DNA of 64,000 nucleotides from Phyllobates terribilis (lineage: Eukaryota). The notes below the pieces were generated by a model, which worked only from the letters and a program-made list of their open reading frames with translations, had not been told where the DNA came from and ran no database searches. The position numbers were made by a program, and so were the translations under genes. The stretch spans positions 158,906,001 through 158,970,000 of the forward strand of contig NW_027362768.1 of the NCBI RefSeq assembly GCF_046119375.1, written 5' to 3'. This document shows positions 10,762 to 23,900 of the stretch, piece after piece (the stretch's first letter is position 1; every line of letters starts with the position of its first letter).

Positions 10762-13600
10762 CTAAACCACCGCCGCCTGCAGGACCCTGCGTCCCAAGGC
10801 TGCATCGGCGGAAGTACTCACGTCCACTTTATAAAATGTAGTAAAAGTGTGAACAGAGCGCCAGGTAGCCGCCCGGCAGAGCTGCGCTGCCGAGGCCCCC
10901 TGACGAAAAGCCCACGACGAACCAACAGCTCTCGTGGAATGAGCTCGAACCTTAACCGGACAAGGCTCGCCCTTGAGCCGGTACGCTTCCAGGATAGCCG
11001 AACGTATCCACCGAGCTATAGTGTCCTTGGAGGCCCGCTGACCACGCCAACGACCAGCAGGAATCACAAAAAGAGAGTCCGACTTCCGAAACCCTTGCGT
11101 GATTGAAAGATAGAACTTCAAAGCCCGCACCAAATCCAACGAGTGCAAGGCTCGCTCCTTTGGACTTTTCAGATTTGGACAGAGGGAGGGCAACACGATG
11201 TCCTGATTGACGTGGAAACGCGACACCACTTTAGGCAAAAAATAGCCACGGGTACGAAGCACCACGCGATCCGAGTGGAACTCCAGAAAAGGGGGCGAGC
11301 AAGACAGTGCCGCCAACTCAGAAACCCTTCTCAAAGAGGTGACCGCCACCAGGAAGGCCACCTTCCAAGAAAATAAGTAAAGCGTAGCTGAATCCATAGG
11401 CTCAAACGGCCCATGCTGAAGAGCCTCCAAGACTAGATTGAGCCGCCAAGGAGCCACAAACGCCCTTCGAGGCGGAAACTGACGTGCAACCCCGCGAAAA
11501 AAAGAGCGCACATCTCTGCGCGAGGCAATAGCCTTCCGAAAAAGCACGGATAGTGCAGATACCTGACCCCGCAAGGTACCAACCGCCAGACCCTTGGCCA
11601 AACCACATTGCAGAAAAGCCAATAAGTTGGGAATGGAAAAAACCCTCGGGTTCCTTGACGATCCAGAACACCATGAATAGAAGGCCTCCCAAGTTCTGTG
11701 ATAAATCCTAGTCGTAGCTGGACCTCTGGCCGCCCGCAAGGTGGCAATGACCTCGGCCGAAAACCCACGACGGGTCAAGATCTCGGTCTCAAGTGCCACG
11801 CCGTCAAACGAAGCGACTTCAGGTCCGGATGACGAATGGGCCCTTGGGTTAACAGGTCCAGGCGAAGAGGCAGTGGAAACGGAGGCGCCGCCAGAAGAGA
11901 CACCAGCATTGAATACCATGCCCTCCGCGGCCAATCCGGCGCCACCAAAATTGCCGGAATTCGTTCGAGTTTGATCCGCCGGATGACCAGAGGAAGGAAG
12001 GATACCGGCGGAAACACGTAGATCAACTCGAACTGGTCCCACGGGGCCACCAGAGCATCTACCGCCACAGCCTACGAGTCCCTGTACCTGGACATGAACG
12101 TCGGAATCCTGGCGTTCAGCCTGGATGCTATCAAGTCCACCTGGGGAGTCCCCCAACGGGAGCACAGCAGTGTAAAAACTTCCGGATGAAGACTCCATTC
12201 TCCGGGGTCCACCTGTTCGCGACCGAGGAAGTCCGCCGTGATATTCAGCACTCCTGGGAAGTGAATCACGGAGATGGCTAGGACCCTGGACTCGGCCCAT
12301 ACCAGGATCCGAGAGACCTCCATCATGAGTCTGGACCGGCAGACCGCTCAAGGGGACCGTCCAATGTCGGAGGCAGAGAAAAATCGCTCTCAACTCCAGG
12401 ATGTTGATCGGCAGAGACGACTCCTCTGAGGAACAGACCCCCTGAACCCAGAGATCGTTCCAAACCCCCCCCCCCCAGCCAGTCAGGCTGGCATCGGTGG
12501 TAATGACCGACCACCGTGGGAGGAGGAAGGATTTCCCCAGGGATAAAGCCTCCGGACGTAACCACCATCCAAGAGACTCTCGCACCCTGCGGGAGATACC
12601 GACACAGCGATCTAGCGAGGCCGGCGATCGGTCCCAACGGGTCAGAATAAGATTTTGGAGACCCCGGGAATGAAATTGTGCAAACGGTACCGCTTCCATT
12701 GGTGCCACCATCAGACCCAGAAGGCGTATACACTTCCGAAGGGACATCGCCATCGCCGACCTCATATCCTGGACATGGTGACGAAGGTTTGCTTGTTTGT
12801 CCGGAGGCAGGGACACCACTGCTCGTACCGTGTCGAAATGCATCCCCAAGAACAGGATTGACTGCGACGGCTCCAAAGACGACTTCTTCCAATTGACCAG
12901 CCACCCGAAGTCCTCCAGGTGCTGAAGGGAGAGATCGCGAGCAGTCACCGCCTCCTCCGCTGTGGGTGACACAATTAACAGGTCGTCCAGGTAGGGAAGA
13001 ATCGTAACTCCTTGCCTTCGAAGGAGCGCCATGAGCGGCGCCAGAATTTTTGTAAAAACCCTGGGCGCCGAGGCCAACCCGAATGGTAAGGCCACAAACT
13101 GGTAATGGGCCTGACCTATGGTGAAACGCAGGAAGCGCTGGTGAGCCCTGCCGATAGGGACATGCAAATAGGCGTCGCGGATGTCAATCGACACCAAGAA
13201 ATCGTACTGCGACAGGGCCGCCACGACAGAGCGAAGAGACTCCATACGGAATTTCCGGGTCCGGACATGAACATTCAATTCTTTGAGGTCCAGAATGGGG
13301 CGAAACTTGTCCTCCTTTTGGGGGACCACAAAAAGGTTGGAGTAAAACCCCCTTCCCCGGTCCTCAGGCGGAACCGAAACCACCACACCCTGCTGCAGAA
13401 GAGAGTCGACCTCCCGCAGCAGTGCGGCAGCCAGCTTGGGCTCGGACGGGATGCGTGACTGACTAAATCTGTCCGGGGGTCGAGAATGAAACTATGAAAT
13501 AGCCTGCCGACATAACCCGCGTCACCCAGGCGTCCGGTACGTTGGACGCCCAAATCGACCCGAATTGAAGCAGACGACCTCCCACCCGAGAGCCCTCGAG
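10762..13600 (-). pseudogene. DIRS pol (RT, RNase H, MT-like) and overlapping tyrosine recombinase, disrupted
   Basis: RT motifs RPILDL, LPFGL, YLDDLL; RNase H TDAS and LELRA; MT-like YVFPP and APDWPRRAWY in ORF 11775-12068; YR motifs RRVSEL, HSTR, ATW and terminal Y; frameshift near 13495, out-of-frame deletion near 12328, stop near 12072. Confidence 0.9.
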
Positions 13601-13613
13601 AGGGTTCCTGGTG

Positions 13614-15004
13614 TCAGTCCGCCTTAGCGGGCTTTTTGTCAATCTCCCGTTTGTCCTGACGGAAATGTTGTTTCCAGGGTGTACGGGATTTCTGGGTGGT
13701 CTTCTTTCCGGAAGACGAGGGACGACCCGATCTCCAAGAGGGCTGACCGAACCGTCCCCTGGGCCGAAAGGACCGACGACCACTACCGGCACTTGACTTG
13801 CCAGACGTAGAAGCCGCTGCGGCAAAGCCGAATCCTTGTCCTTGGCAATCAGCTCCGTGAGGTCCGAACCAAAAAGCTGACCGCCCTTGTACGCCAGACT
13901 CCGCAAACCTTGTTTGGATACCGCGTCTCCAGTCCACTGTTTAAGCCACAGTGCTCTCCTGACTGTGATGGCCGAGGATTGAGCCCTGGACAGAACCGAA
14001 GTAGTATCCAGCACTGCGTCCCTGCCATATCGGGCCGCCTCTTCCAACAGCTGGAAGAGCCTTTCCACCTCAGACAGCGGAGTCCCATCTTGCCACGCCT
14101 TCCGCAGCTGATCCAGCCACCGCAGAGAAGCCTCACTAGCCCACATGGCCCCCAAGGCCGCTCGGAATCCATTACCCGCGGCCTCGTAGATGGACTTCGC
14201 CGCTAACTCCGTCCTTCTATCCAGGGGGTCCTGTAGACTCGCCTTCCCTTTAACAGGCAGCAAAGAAGATTTGCTCAGCTGAGACAATGACACGTCCACT
14301 TCAGGAGAGGGGACCCAATTAGCGATCGTCTCCGTGGAGCAGGGATACAGGGCATCAAAAAACCGCATCCCCTGGAAGCGTTTATCCGGACACAGGCGTT
14401 CCTTCTCTACCGCCTCGTTAAGTTCATCGTGTGCCGGCAGCTTCGAACGATCCCGACGCGACTCCTGATACAGCCGGGCCGACTTGCCAGGGCGCCTCGT
14501 CACCTCTTTAGACAGCTGTAACGCTTCCCGCATAGCCCCAATAAAAGCGTCCACGTGGCCCGAAAGAGAAGCAGAGCGACCCTGCCGATCCTCTTCGTCA
14601 GAATCGGAGATCTCACCAGCAGAGTCTGCCGGTGATTCCGAAGCCTCCGACGCACTGCGCGGAGGAGACAGCGCCACCACAGGCCTGAGGCGCTTCTTGC
14701 CTCGTGACGTCGGTTGGGACTTAGCTGATACCCAATGACCCAGGAGGTCAGACAGACTGTCAATGGAGCGAGTGAGCGCTTCAACTTTAACATCACTGAG
14801 ACCCCCGACCAGTGTCGAACCTGACGCCGAAGACCCCGGGGTATCAGATACGCGTGACCGATCCTGAAGCAGACCGAGAGAGAGGTCCGCGCCCCCTGGT
14901 CCCTGATCCGACATGCCCCCACACAGTTGCGAGCGTCGTGGATAAGGCGGTAATAACCCCTTACAATGGGTACGAGAACCGAGGATGTGTGATTCCGCTA
15001 CCAC
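13614..15004 (-). pseudogene. DIRS gag-like ORF1, frameshifted near its 3' end
   Basis: ORF 13463-15004 carries the conserved DPLDRR and RRALWLKQW region; the basic C-terminus is in ORF 13614-13937. Confidence 0.8.
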
Positions 15005-16214
15005 AGCCTGTTCCTACACACAAAACCCCCAAACACTGAAGGGTTAAAGCTCCTCCTTAAAGGGAGAAGAGCTACCCCAGCTGCCTGCAGAGCAAAAGTT
15101 AACCTAACAGACTAGGGTCCAGAAAGGGTTAACTGCCCTGATGAGGCCAGACCCCTCAGAAGGGGTTAATGCTGCTGACCACGCAAAACACCTTTGCCTT
15201 AGAAGGATAGCAGTGTGCGAGTCCCTCAGCGGGGAAGTAGCAGAGCTGTATATAGCACACCCTGTCTGCCTTAACAGGCCAGCAGTAAGGTGCTCTGCGC
15301 TGCAATAGTGTGAGAAAGGAATCTTCTGCCTTAAAAGACAGAAGTGACTCACCAGCTGGCCGGGGTGACTGCTCTTCCTTACACAGTGCTCGGTGTCTGG
15401 TGTAGAGAGCGGGGAGCAGGAGGTAGCACGAGGTAATGGCCGGAAGAAGAAAAGGGGGCTGGGACAGCTCCAGCGCGCGCTTTCCTGGCACTTCCTATCT
15501 GAGCTATGATGACAGGCAGCAGAGAGGCGCGAAGCCATGCCCCCCGCGCTCCTCCGTCCCTGCAGATAACACAAACGCCTGCAGCGGAGATATCCCCCTG
15601 CAGGGACAAAACAAGCAGTCACCACTTGAAAACAGTAACAGCAGCTGCTGAAGCACTCAGACCTTGAGAGCACTTGCCCAGCTGAGCGTCATAGGGACCC
15701 CCAGGGACGTGTGGCGCCGTGGCCCTTTGCTCCCCCCCACGGCGGAGCACGCAGGGACCCCACAGAAGCGGTGTGCGTCTCCGCCAGGGAGCGCCCTATA
15801 TCCCCCGGGGTCGGCAGGCTTCTGCGGGGACCTCCTTAGGGGGTACACAGATCTGCCAGGGGAGGATCAGGGGTCCCAGCAGCGCCGAGACCCCCTGAGA
15901 CCTCTAGACCACGGGGGGGGGGGGGGGGGGGGGGGGGGTCCAGGTCTCCGGAGTAAAATAAAAAATTCTTCTGAGGAGCTGCAAAGGCAGCGACTATCCT
16001 CTGCGACATCAAATTTTAGACTGAAGGACATGGGAGTAGGAGGAACCTAAGCTGGAGGGGCCGGTCACCACTTTTTCTAATCTGAGGTGAACTATCCTGT
16101 GGGGCTCAGCCTACCCACTAGTAATGTCTGTGTCTCCCTTCCTTCCCTTCTGCTGCTGAAACTGCAATTTAAAATAGGTCATTAAAATAAATTATTATAA
16201 TTATAAAATATATA

Positions 16215-16483
16215 CAGTACAGACCAAAAGTTTGGACACACCTTCTTATCTAAAGATTTTTCTGTATTTTCATGACTATGAAAATTGTACATTCACACTG
16301 AAGGCATCAAAACTATGAATTAACACATGTGGAATTATATACTTAACAAAAAAGTGTGAAACAACTGAAAATATGTCTTATATTCTTGGTTCTTCAAAGT
16401 AGCCACCTTTTGCTTTGATGACTGCTTTGCACACTCTTGGCATTCTCTTGATGAGCTTCAAGAGGTACTTTTGGTCCGTACTG
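16215..16483. mobile_element. 269-bp internally deleted derivative of the DD38E Tc1-sibling family
   Basis: TA|CAGTACAGACCAAAAGTTTGGAC start, about 250 bp matching 47738-47990, then CTTTTGGTCCGTACTG|TA. Confidence 0.9.
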
Positions 16484-17794
16484 TACACACAAATTTAATT
16501 TTAAATATATATATTATAATACTAAAAAATATATATTATATTTTAAAATATATATTTTTATACAGCATCTCCTACCCATTACAAAGTTAAAAATGGACAG
16601 CACATCACAGTCGTGTGCTGTCTGTGATGGTCATGGACCCATAGACTTGTATAGGTGACTTTTCTGTGCTGCAGATCAAGATCGGACATTCTGAGGACAC
16701 CACCCGCAAAACACGGACATGTGAACAGTCAGACTAAAATGGTTGTGTGTTCTAACAGTGAGAAAACACAGATCGAAAGTTACGTAAATCCTGGCAGTCT
16801 GAATGAGGCCTAACCAAATGCAACACGTCAAACAAGCAGTTTTTGCTCCACTTCTCAGCCATATACCGCCCAGGCTCAGTTACATGTGATTAGCCCCAGA
16901 CCTAGAACAAAAACGACACGACTTGAGTTTGCCAAACTGATGCAAAATATTTATTCCAAGTTATTAGCTGCAGTGCTGACGTCGCCCTCACATACAGGTA
17001 ACCAGTTTTCTTTAATCTGTAAATAATGTTATCAAAATAATCTTCTGAAATCTTCCCCCAACAATGGTCTTTTTTTTTTTCCAAGTTTTTATTTATTTTT
17101 TTATTTTTTTTTACCCAAATCTGGTTGTATTTTACAATCCACCCTGAATGTCAAGGCTTTGAAAAAAAAAAGAAAGAAAAACAAAACCAAAAAAAAAAAA
17201 AATCAATTCTTCTGAATATCTTACAGATGCAAAGTCATTTTCCCCTTAAAACAAATACAAGCTAGAGAGCTCCAAGACAAAGTACCCGCCGTAACTAGCG
17301 TTGCAGAACATCGACATATCATCACATTTGGGATGATAAAAAACAAACAAGTGAACGTTTAACCAAACAGTGATTGATTTTAGTGGGTTAACTTTGATTT
17401 AACTTGCAGTTAGAAGCTTTGCTGCCTGCAAATGATTTGTGTCATACTCCAGAAAACAAGGAGAATGTAGGGAAAAGTTTAAAGTAAGAAAAAAAAAAAC
17501 CAAAAAAAAAACCAACCCATCCTGCTCGCCTTCAGAGCTCATACAAAACACGGTTTGTGTTTAGGAAGCATAAAAAGACATTGAGCGCACCTTCCCCCTC
17601 CCCCACTCCTAAAAAGCTGCGATATGTCCCATTTTTCACAAAATACTCAAGAGCTATTCTGAAAGTTGGAGGCCTGGAAGCAGAGAAGCCCAAACTTGGA
17701 ACACAAGAAGGTGTTTTTTAATTCCCCTATAGGCCGGACACACGGTACAATGCGGTAGACAGGGGGCGAGGAGAGTTTCGCTGTGTGTTAGGTT

Positions 17795-17947
17795 TCAAGA
17801 TTCATCGTCTGAAGTGTCTGTGCTGCTTGTGTCGGAGTCTGAGCACTCGCTGGGGTCGGGGGTCAGGGGGCCACGCCAAGCAAAGAGCAGAGCACATCTT
17901 CGGGGCTGTCTGAGGAAGCCATTTTGTCCCATGCCATTTCTTCTTAG
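17795..17947 (-). CDS. GPBP1L1: GPBP1L1 last coding exon
   Basis: LRRNGMGQNGFL...SDSDTSSTDTSDDES*; AAG acceptor. Confidence 0.92.
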   Translation of the reverse strand, partial: LRRNGMGQNGFLRQPRRCALLFAWRGPLTPDPSECSDSDTSSTDTSDDES

Positions 17948-20900
17948 CTTTAAAGACAAAAAAAAAAAAAAAATTAAAATAAATAAATACAACTTTCTGA
18001 CATTCAATCAAAGTGACAGGAAGAATAATTGCATTTCTTTACTTAAAAAAATAAATAAAAATAAATTAAAAGTGAAGATAAAAGTCTGCTGCAGCGGACG
18101 TGAAGAATGAAGATATTGCAGAGGTATTACCAAATCCTAATCTTAGGGTATCCCATAACAGCAGCGTCAGGGGTCTGACCTCTGGCACAAGAACTCAGGG
18201 TTCTGCAGCACCATTGTGCAGGTAAAACTGCTGAGAATGAAAACTGTTAAATGTCTTTTATTCTTTAGGTTTTCATCTTGTTAAAATTGTCAGAATTTAC
18301 ATAATTCATTACGACTGCAACACTAAGCATTAGTTCACATGTCACATTTTTCTTGCAAAAAAGAGCAGTATTCTAATGAATGGGGGGGATATACACATAA
18401 AAAAGCCGTAAACTCAGCAGAACTGCACTTTTTTATTCTATAAGGCATGTTATTGATGCAGAAATGTCTTTAGCAAATACTTAACATATGCACATACCCT
18501 AAGGAGCATTAAAATCTGCCGACTACAAATATTGTAGATCTCCACTTTCTCATGTAAAGATCAACAATTCCAGCAAATCCTATTTACCTGCTGGGATTTA
18601 ATGTGAAACTCCTGTAGTTCCTCCTCAGTTAGGGGCCTACAATCTTCATCATTTTCTGGAGATTCCTGCCATCCCATTTCTTTCAAAAGCCTGAAAGCAA
18701 AAATTATTATAATTATTATTTATATTTATGTATTAATTTAATATACATACGGTATATTAAAAATAAATTATAATAACACAGTATGATAAATAACATCTCA
18801 ACTAAAACTGCATAATGCAGAGACATTGGATGTAGTAATTACAGGACAGACGGCACTAGTGTGGGGGTTCGTTTCACAATAGATCAGGCTCAGATTACAA
18901 TCTTCTGGTACTGCAATTACTTCAGGTAGTAGAGAACTGGTCATATATGCTTTGAGGTTTTACAGCCAAGCAATTCCTTTGCTTTTAGTTTATTTATTTT
19001 TGCACTGCCACAGTAAAGCTATGCAGATATGAGTCCATAATAAGACGACACAGACCACCAAGCAGAACGAGCCAAAACCACGTTGGATCTGGAAATAACA
19101 GTGGTATCTGCACTGTTGTGATCCATTTTAACTCTTACCGGTGTTCTGCTTCCAGTGAGTACGACAGCCGATCCCCTCTCTCATCCCCAGAGCCAGAGAT
19201 ACCATTGTGATGGCCGCCTACATTAATGTGCTCTGCAGAGTTGTCATTATGATCCAATGGACTCTGCACCTATCCAAAAAAAAATACAACATTGCACAAT
19301 TTAACTACTAGTGCAAGAAACAAGCTAAATATAAGGAAAATCTAAAATATATTTGCAATAATCATAACCACTTAGTATGCATGCATAATATGGAGACAGC
19401 CCTATTGTACGGAGTATTGGTTGTGAGCCAGGACGAGTTGCACTGAGCTCCGTGAATGGCTTCCGGGCACTATCATGAGCCAAACCGGAGCTGTACAACA
19501 TCAACAACCGCCAAATCATAAAGTAGTGGCCATATCAGATGCTGGAACCCATAGGTCATATGCTCAGGTACAACACTAAAGAGCCCAAAACTGCCCCTAG
19601 AAGTTATAATTGCACAAGAACTAGTCATCAGGAGCCTCATGGATTGTTTCCACAGAAAAGATGAAGGTGAATAGCCATGATTTGTGTGTGTGGGTTTCCC
19701 AACTTTGCAGCTCCCAACGTGCCCGGACAACCAGAGCTTTGCAACAGCTGGACAGCCACCTACAATAAATCCCTGCAGACGAGATCCGAAATCAGCAGCT
19801 GCTAAACACATCCCGGTGTTATCAGCCCAGGTTATGCACGGAGGTGACGGAGCGGTCACATATTTTGCTTTATCAAGGCTGGACTTATTAAGAAATTATC
19901 TGAATGCGGTTTATGTATCTTACATCTTCCAGTTTATCGGTATCTCTGTCTTCCGTCTGGTCGGCATCTTGCTCGTCTTTTAGTGCCTTTAGAAATTCGC
20001 TCTTTTTGTCAGGGACTCGTCGCGTCATGCGGGTGAGGCGTGAGATGCTGAGCTCCAGTGGTGGGGTAACACTGGCAGTGCCCTGGGGAAAAGCAGAGAA
20101 AAGAGAAGACCTCATCAGCAAAGAAAGTCATGTAATAGACAGCGGATCAAACACAGCGCTGGCCTCGCCGGCCTCTTTTTTGCAGGACCCTTTATGGGTA
20201 AGCACATGATGGACCTGGGCCCTTTTTTCAAGCTTGTTAACCATGTGGCAATGTAAGATGTGCCATGATCACAGACACAAGTCATGTCCAGTGTCGGGCA
20301 TCTACAAATCCCTGCATATAGTGCCCGAGTGCAGAATCAAAAAGGGGAACCTCAGCTGTGCCAAGAGTAATAGGAAATACCCGATTATATATTTTTAAAG
20401 CTTCTTTCTTAGAGATCATTGTAAAATACGAAGCTAAAAAGCATGTGAAATATCCCGGGGATCACAGGGCACCGATTGCTAAAGCAGCAATGAAATTAAC
20501 ATCTCACGCAATATACGGCATATATCCGACTGCTTCGTACGTTACCTCTTTTGGTGAGGTCAATACAGGTGCTGGGGCCAATACCGGGCTGGTGAAAGAG
20601 GAATCTCGGTTGTAAAACGAGCTAGATTTGGGCTCCCGGCCATTTGCCTTCCAGGGGCCGGGCTGTAAAAGATAGAGAGCCTCGGTAAGGCTATGTTCAC
20701 ACGTTGCGTTTTTCTTTTTCAGAAGGCAAAACCTGCTCTCTTGGCAGTATAAAAGCAGGTTTTGCTGTGTTTTTCTCGGGGTACATTTGTCTATTGTGCA
20801 TGCTGATAAAGTTTAGTGCATTAAAAAAAAAAAACACAACATGATTCAACTTCCTCCGGTTTTTGCGCCAAAAACAAAGCAAAACCTGATGCCTGCATTT

Positions 20901-23900
20901 TTGTACTTACTGCTTTCTATGGGTGAAAAACGCTGCAAAAATGCTGAAAGAAGCGACATGCAGCACTTTGCAAAAAATGCAGCAGATTGCCAAATCAGTC
21001 AGGAAAAAAGAAAAAAACAAAACAAAACAAAAAAACAATGTCTGCATGAGATTTCTGCAATCTCAGACTTTGCTGGTACTGTAAAACACAGCTTAAAATT
21101 TCCATAAAAAAACGCAACATGTGAACATAGCCAATAGTGTTTTTACATGGAAGAGACACTTTGGACTATAAACTTTTATTTTGCAGTGTTCCAGTTTTCT
21201 GTTCCCGCCCCACCCCCCACATTCTTATATGTCCAGCAGATGTAACCTGTGTCTGGATAGTTGGTCTATTGTGTGCTGTAAGTAGTTTTTTTGCTGCTTA
21301 AGGAGATTCAACGACTGCAGACATTTAACGATTATTATTACCTTAGTGGATGAGGTCGCCGGTTTGGGAACCAGGTTTTTGTACACGATTGGCCCGGAGG
21401 GGCTGGTCTTGTTGTTTCCATTGGAAAGGTGAGGTACAGGAGATGCAAATGCAGCAGAGAAAGCGGATGGATCGTCCTTTGAGATCTTTTTGATGACCAG
21501 CATCTTGAGGGGCTGCTTGGAACTGGGAGGATTTTCTTTATAAAACAAATAAATGCAAATAATTACAGGGCTCTCTCCATAGCATATTGACATTTTAATG
21601 ATTTCCTACCCGACTGCAATCAAAAACTTATTGGGCAAAAATATCACAGGCCAATGTCAGGGGTCACCTGTGGAGAGAACTGCTCTGCCAGGGTCTTCCT
21701 ATACGAAGACCTCCTGCACTGAGCAAAGGAAGCTTTGGATTTTCATAAAAACATGAGACTTGCGGCAGCAATCAGGTCCAATCTACCTAAGCTGTAAAAC
21801 CGAATGCTACCGGACAACAACACCAATAAAAAATTTTTTTTGCAGAAATAATGCTGTGTACATAGCACTTAAAACCAGTATCACACAGAAGACATGAAAT
21901 AAGAGGTAAACGTACCCCAGACTCCTGTCGGGGTCCCGGTCTGCTTGCTGTGAATGATCTGCTTTCCAGGCTCAGGATTTAAAGATGGCTGCAACAAACA
22001 ATGGCAGACTATTAGTAAACTTGTTTCTGCACAATAAAGGACATTTATCATCTCCTTAATTCTCTTATCTACATACGACTTCATCTACATAAAAAGTTTA
22101 GACTAAAGAAAGCTCACCAGGTAGTTTACAACTACCTTATGGGTTTTCTTCTTTATTTACACCTTGTGCAATAGCTGATTGTGTCTTAATTGGATTAACC
22201 CTGTGGTGGCCAGGGAGGCTCATCGGCGGCAGGGGATGTATAAGGTATTTTCACTAGTATTCTATATTGTATTTTAGCTCTTTAGATTAATTGATCTTAT
22301 GTTGCTACGTACAAAGTCTTCCTCCTCGAACTGTGGCTTTTTCTTGTCCGCGTTCTTTTCCTCTCGGGTCTCGGACGGCTGCTTTTCCTGCAGGGAAGTG
22401 TTCTTGCGGAGAACACTGCCGTTCCGGTGGCGATGGCCGCCGCTTCCTGCCCCGTTACTGCCATTGCCTCCTCTCTGCACCGGGCCGTCCTGCTGCCCCC
22501 TTGATGCCCCATGCCACCCTGGCTGTGATGATGGGTTAGTCCCTTTCGAGACCCCGGAGTCCACTGAATCATGGCGTAGAAGGGATGGTTGGTGCCACGA
22601 ATCTGTGAAAGACGACACAAGAGTGAGACTTGTACTTGGGCTGCTGATGTGTTTGGTCTACTGAGAATGGAAAACACTATGTAAAAATGAGATCATCAGC
22701 CACTTACAGAAAACCAGAATCTCAAAAAATAATTAACCCCTCCAAAAACAGGACATACATATACACCCTACATCGGGTGTGGATATGCCATGCAGCTTCC
22801 AGAGCTGAACGCAGCCTTCTCCATACAGGACAGGCAGCTGCTTTATATGGCGACAAAGGCTAGCCCCGATCTGTCGAGCCAGTTGGAGGCCTCCAGTAGT
22901 CACCAGTCATCTTTGTTTTCTCATGAAGGCAAACTTGTGGCTTGTTACTGCAGTATACAGCACCAGCTATCGAACTATCACTGGTTCAAGTTTTATATGG
23001 GGAGTAAAGAAAGTTTAAAAAACAAAACCAAAAAAAAACATTGATTTTAAGTTCCCAGTTAAAAAACAAAACCAAAAAAAAAAGACACGTGTGTTTGTTA
23101 TCTCTGGGCCCGTAAATGATTGATTTATGAAAGTTTAAAATAAAACTATATGGTAAATAAAGAAAAAAAAAAAATTATGGACTGACGTTCTCATTATCCT
23201 GTATCTCCTCAAAAAAGAAGGAATACAATTGTACTCCCACAAATGGTACCAATAAGAACTACAACTTGCTACACAAAAAAAGTTAAAAAAAAATAAAAAA
23301 CACTCCATTGGCAGAAAAGAAAAGTTACAAGTCTCAGAAAAAAGGAAACCAGAACAATCTTGTAGTTCGGATACCATTAAAGGCTGACAAAAATAAAATA
23401 AGTGATGTTACATTGCCAATTCCAGACAAAACATAGCATCTGAAGAAACACAAGTATATACACAAAGAGCCGAGATAGCAGAATAAATGGACATTTGGGA
23501 CAAAAAACAAACAAAACCAAACTGAGCTCAGAGAGTGAAGCCTTAATTAGCTTAGATGGCTGAAAGTTTTATTGTTCCAATATCCATGTAAGATCAAGAG
23601 ACCCCATATCCCCAAGACAATGAGAAGGTCTCCAGAGAAGGCGAGGGCATCTGGTCTCTGATCTTATTTGAATATTGGGACAATACAACCATCACACAAC
23701 TCTAAATAAAGGACTAATTAAGGACAAGTGTGTTTCTTCAGATACTTTGTTATACCATCCCTGGTAAGCAGATGTGTAAGGCTATGTTCACATGTCCAGT
23801 AGTGATCAGTTAGAACTGGATCCAGTAAGCAAAAAAAAAAAAAAAAAAAAAACAAAAAAAAAAAACAAAACAGATCCGTTTTCCATATACTTCAAAGTTA

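Larger units (their letters stand above)
10099..16161 (-). mobile_element. Full-length, decayed DIRS1-like tyrosine-recombinase retrotransposon (about 6.06 kb)
   Basis: Inverted terminal repeats 10099-10277 and 16019-16161, ICR 10542-10650, AAA/TTT core at both ends and at the ICR junction, gag-like, RT, RNase H, methyltransferase-like and YR coding segments. Confidence 0.95.

Noticed and set aside
13463-15004. 513-aa ORF as a natural gag-pol fusion
   Set aside because: The true gag C-terminus sits in another frame (13614-13937). The ORF enters the pol N-terminus through a frameshift and dies at a second one.
15912-15938. Long poly-G run (also near 5414 and 54563) as a functional G-quadruplex
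   Set aside because: Homopolymers inside or beside repeats, with unreliable length and no supporting context
22297-22677. Alternative-frame and antisense ORFs over GPBP1L1 exon 3 (and similarly 19904-20209, 53954-54409, 60657-61013)
   Set aside because: Shadow ORFs of GC-rich real exons with no independent homology or splice support
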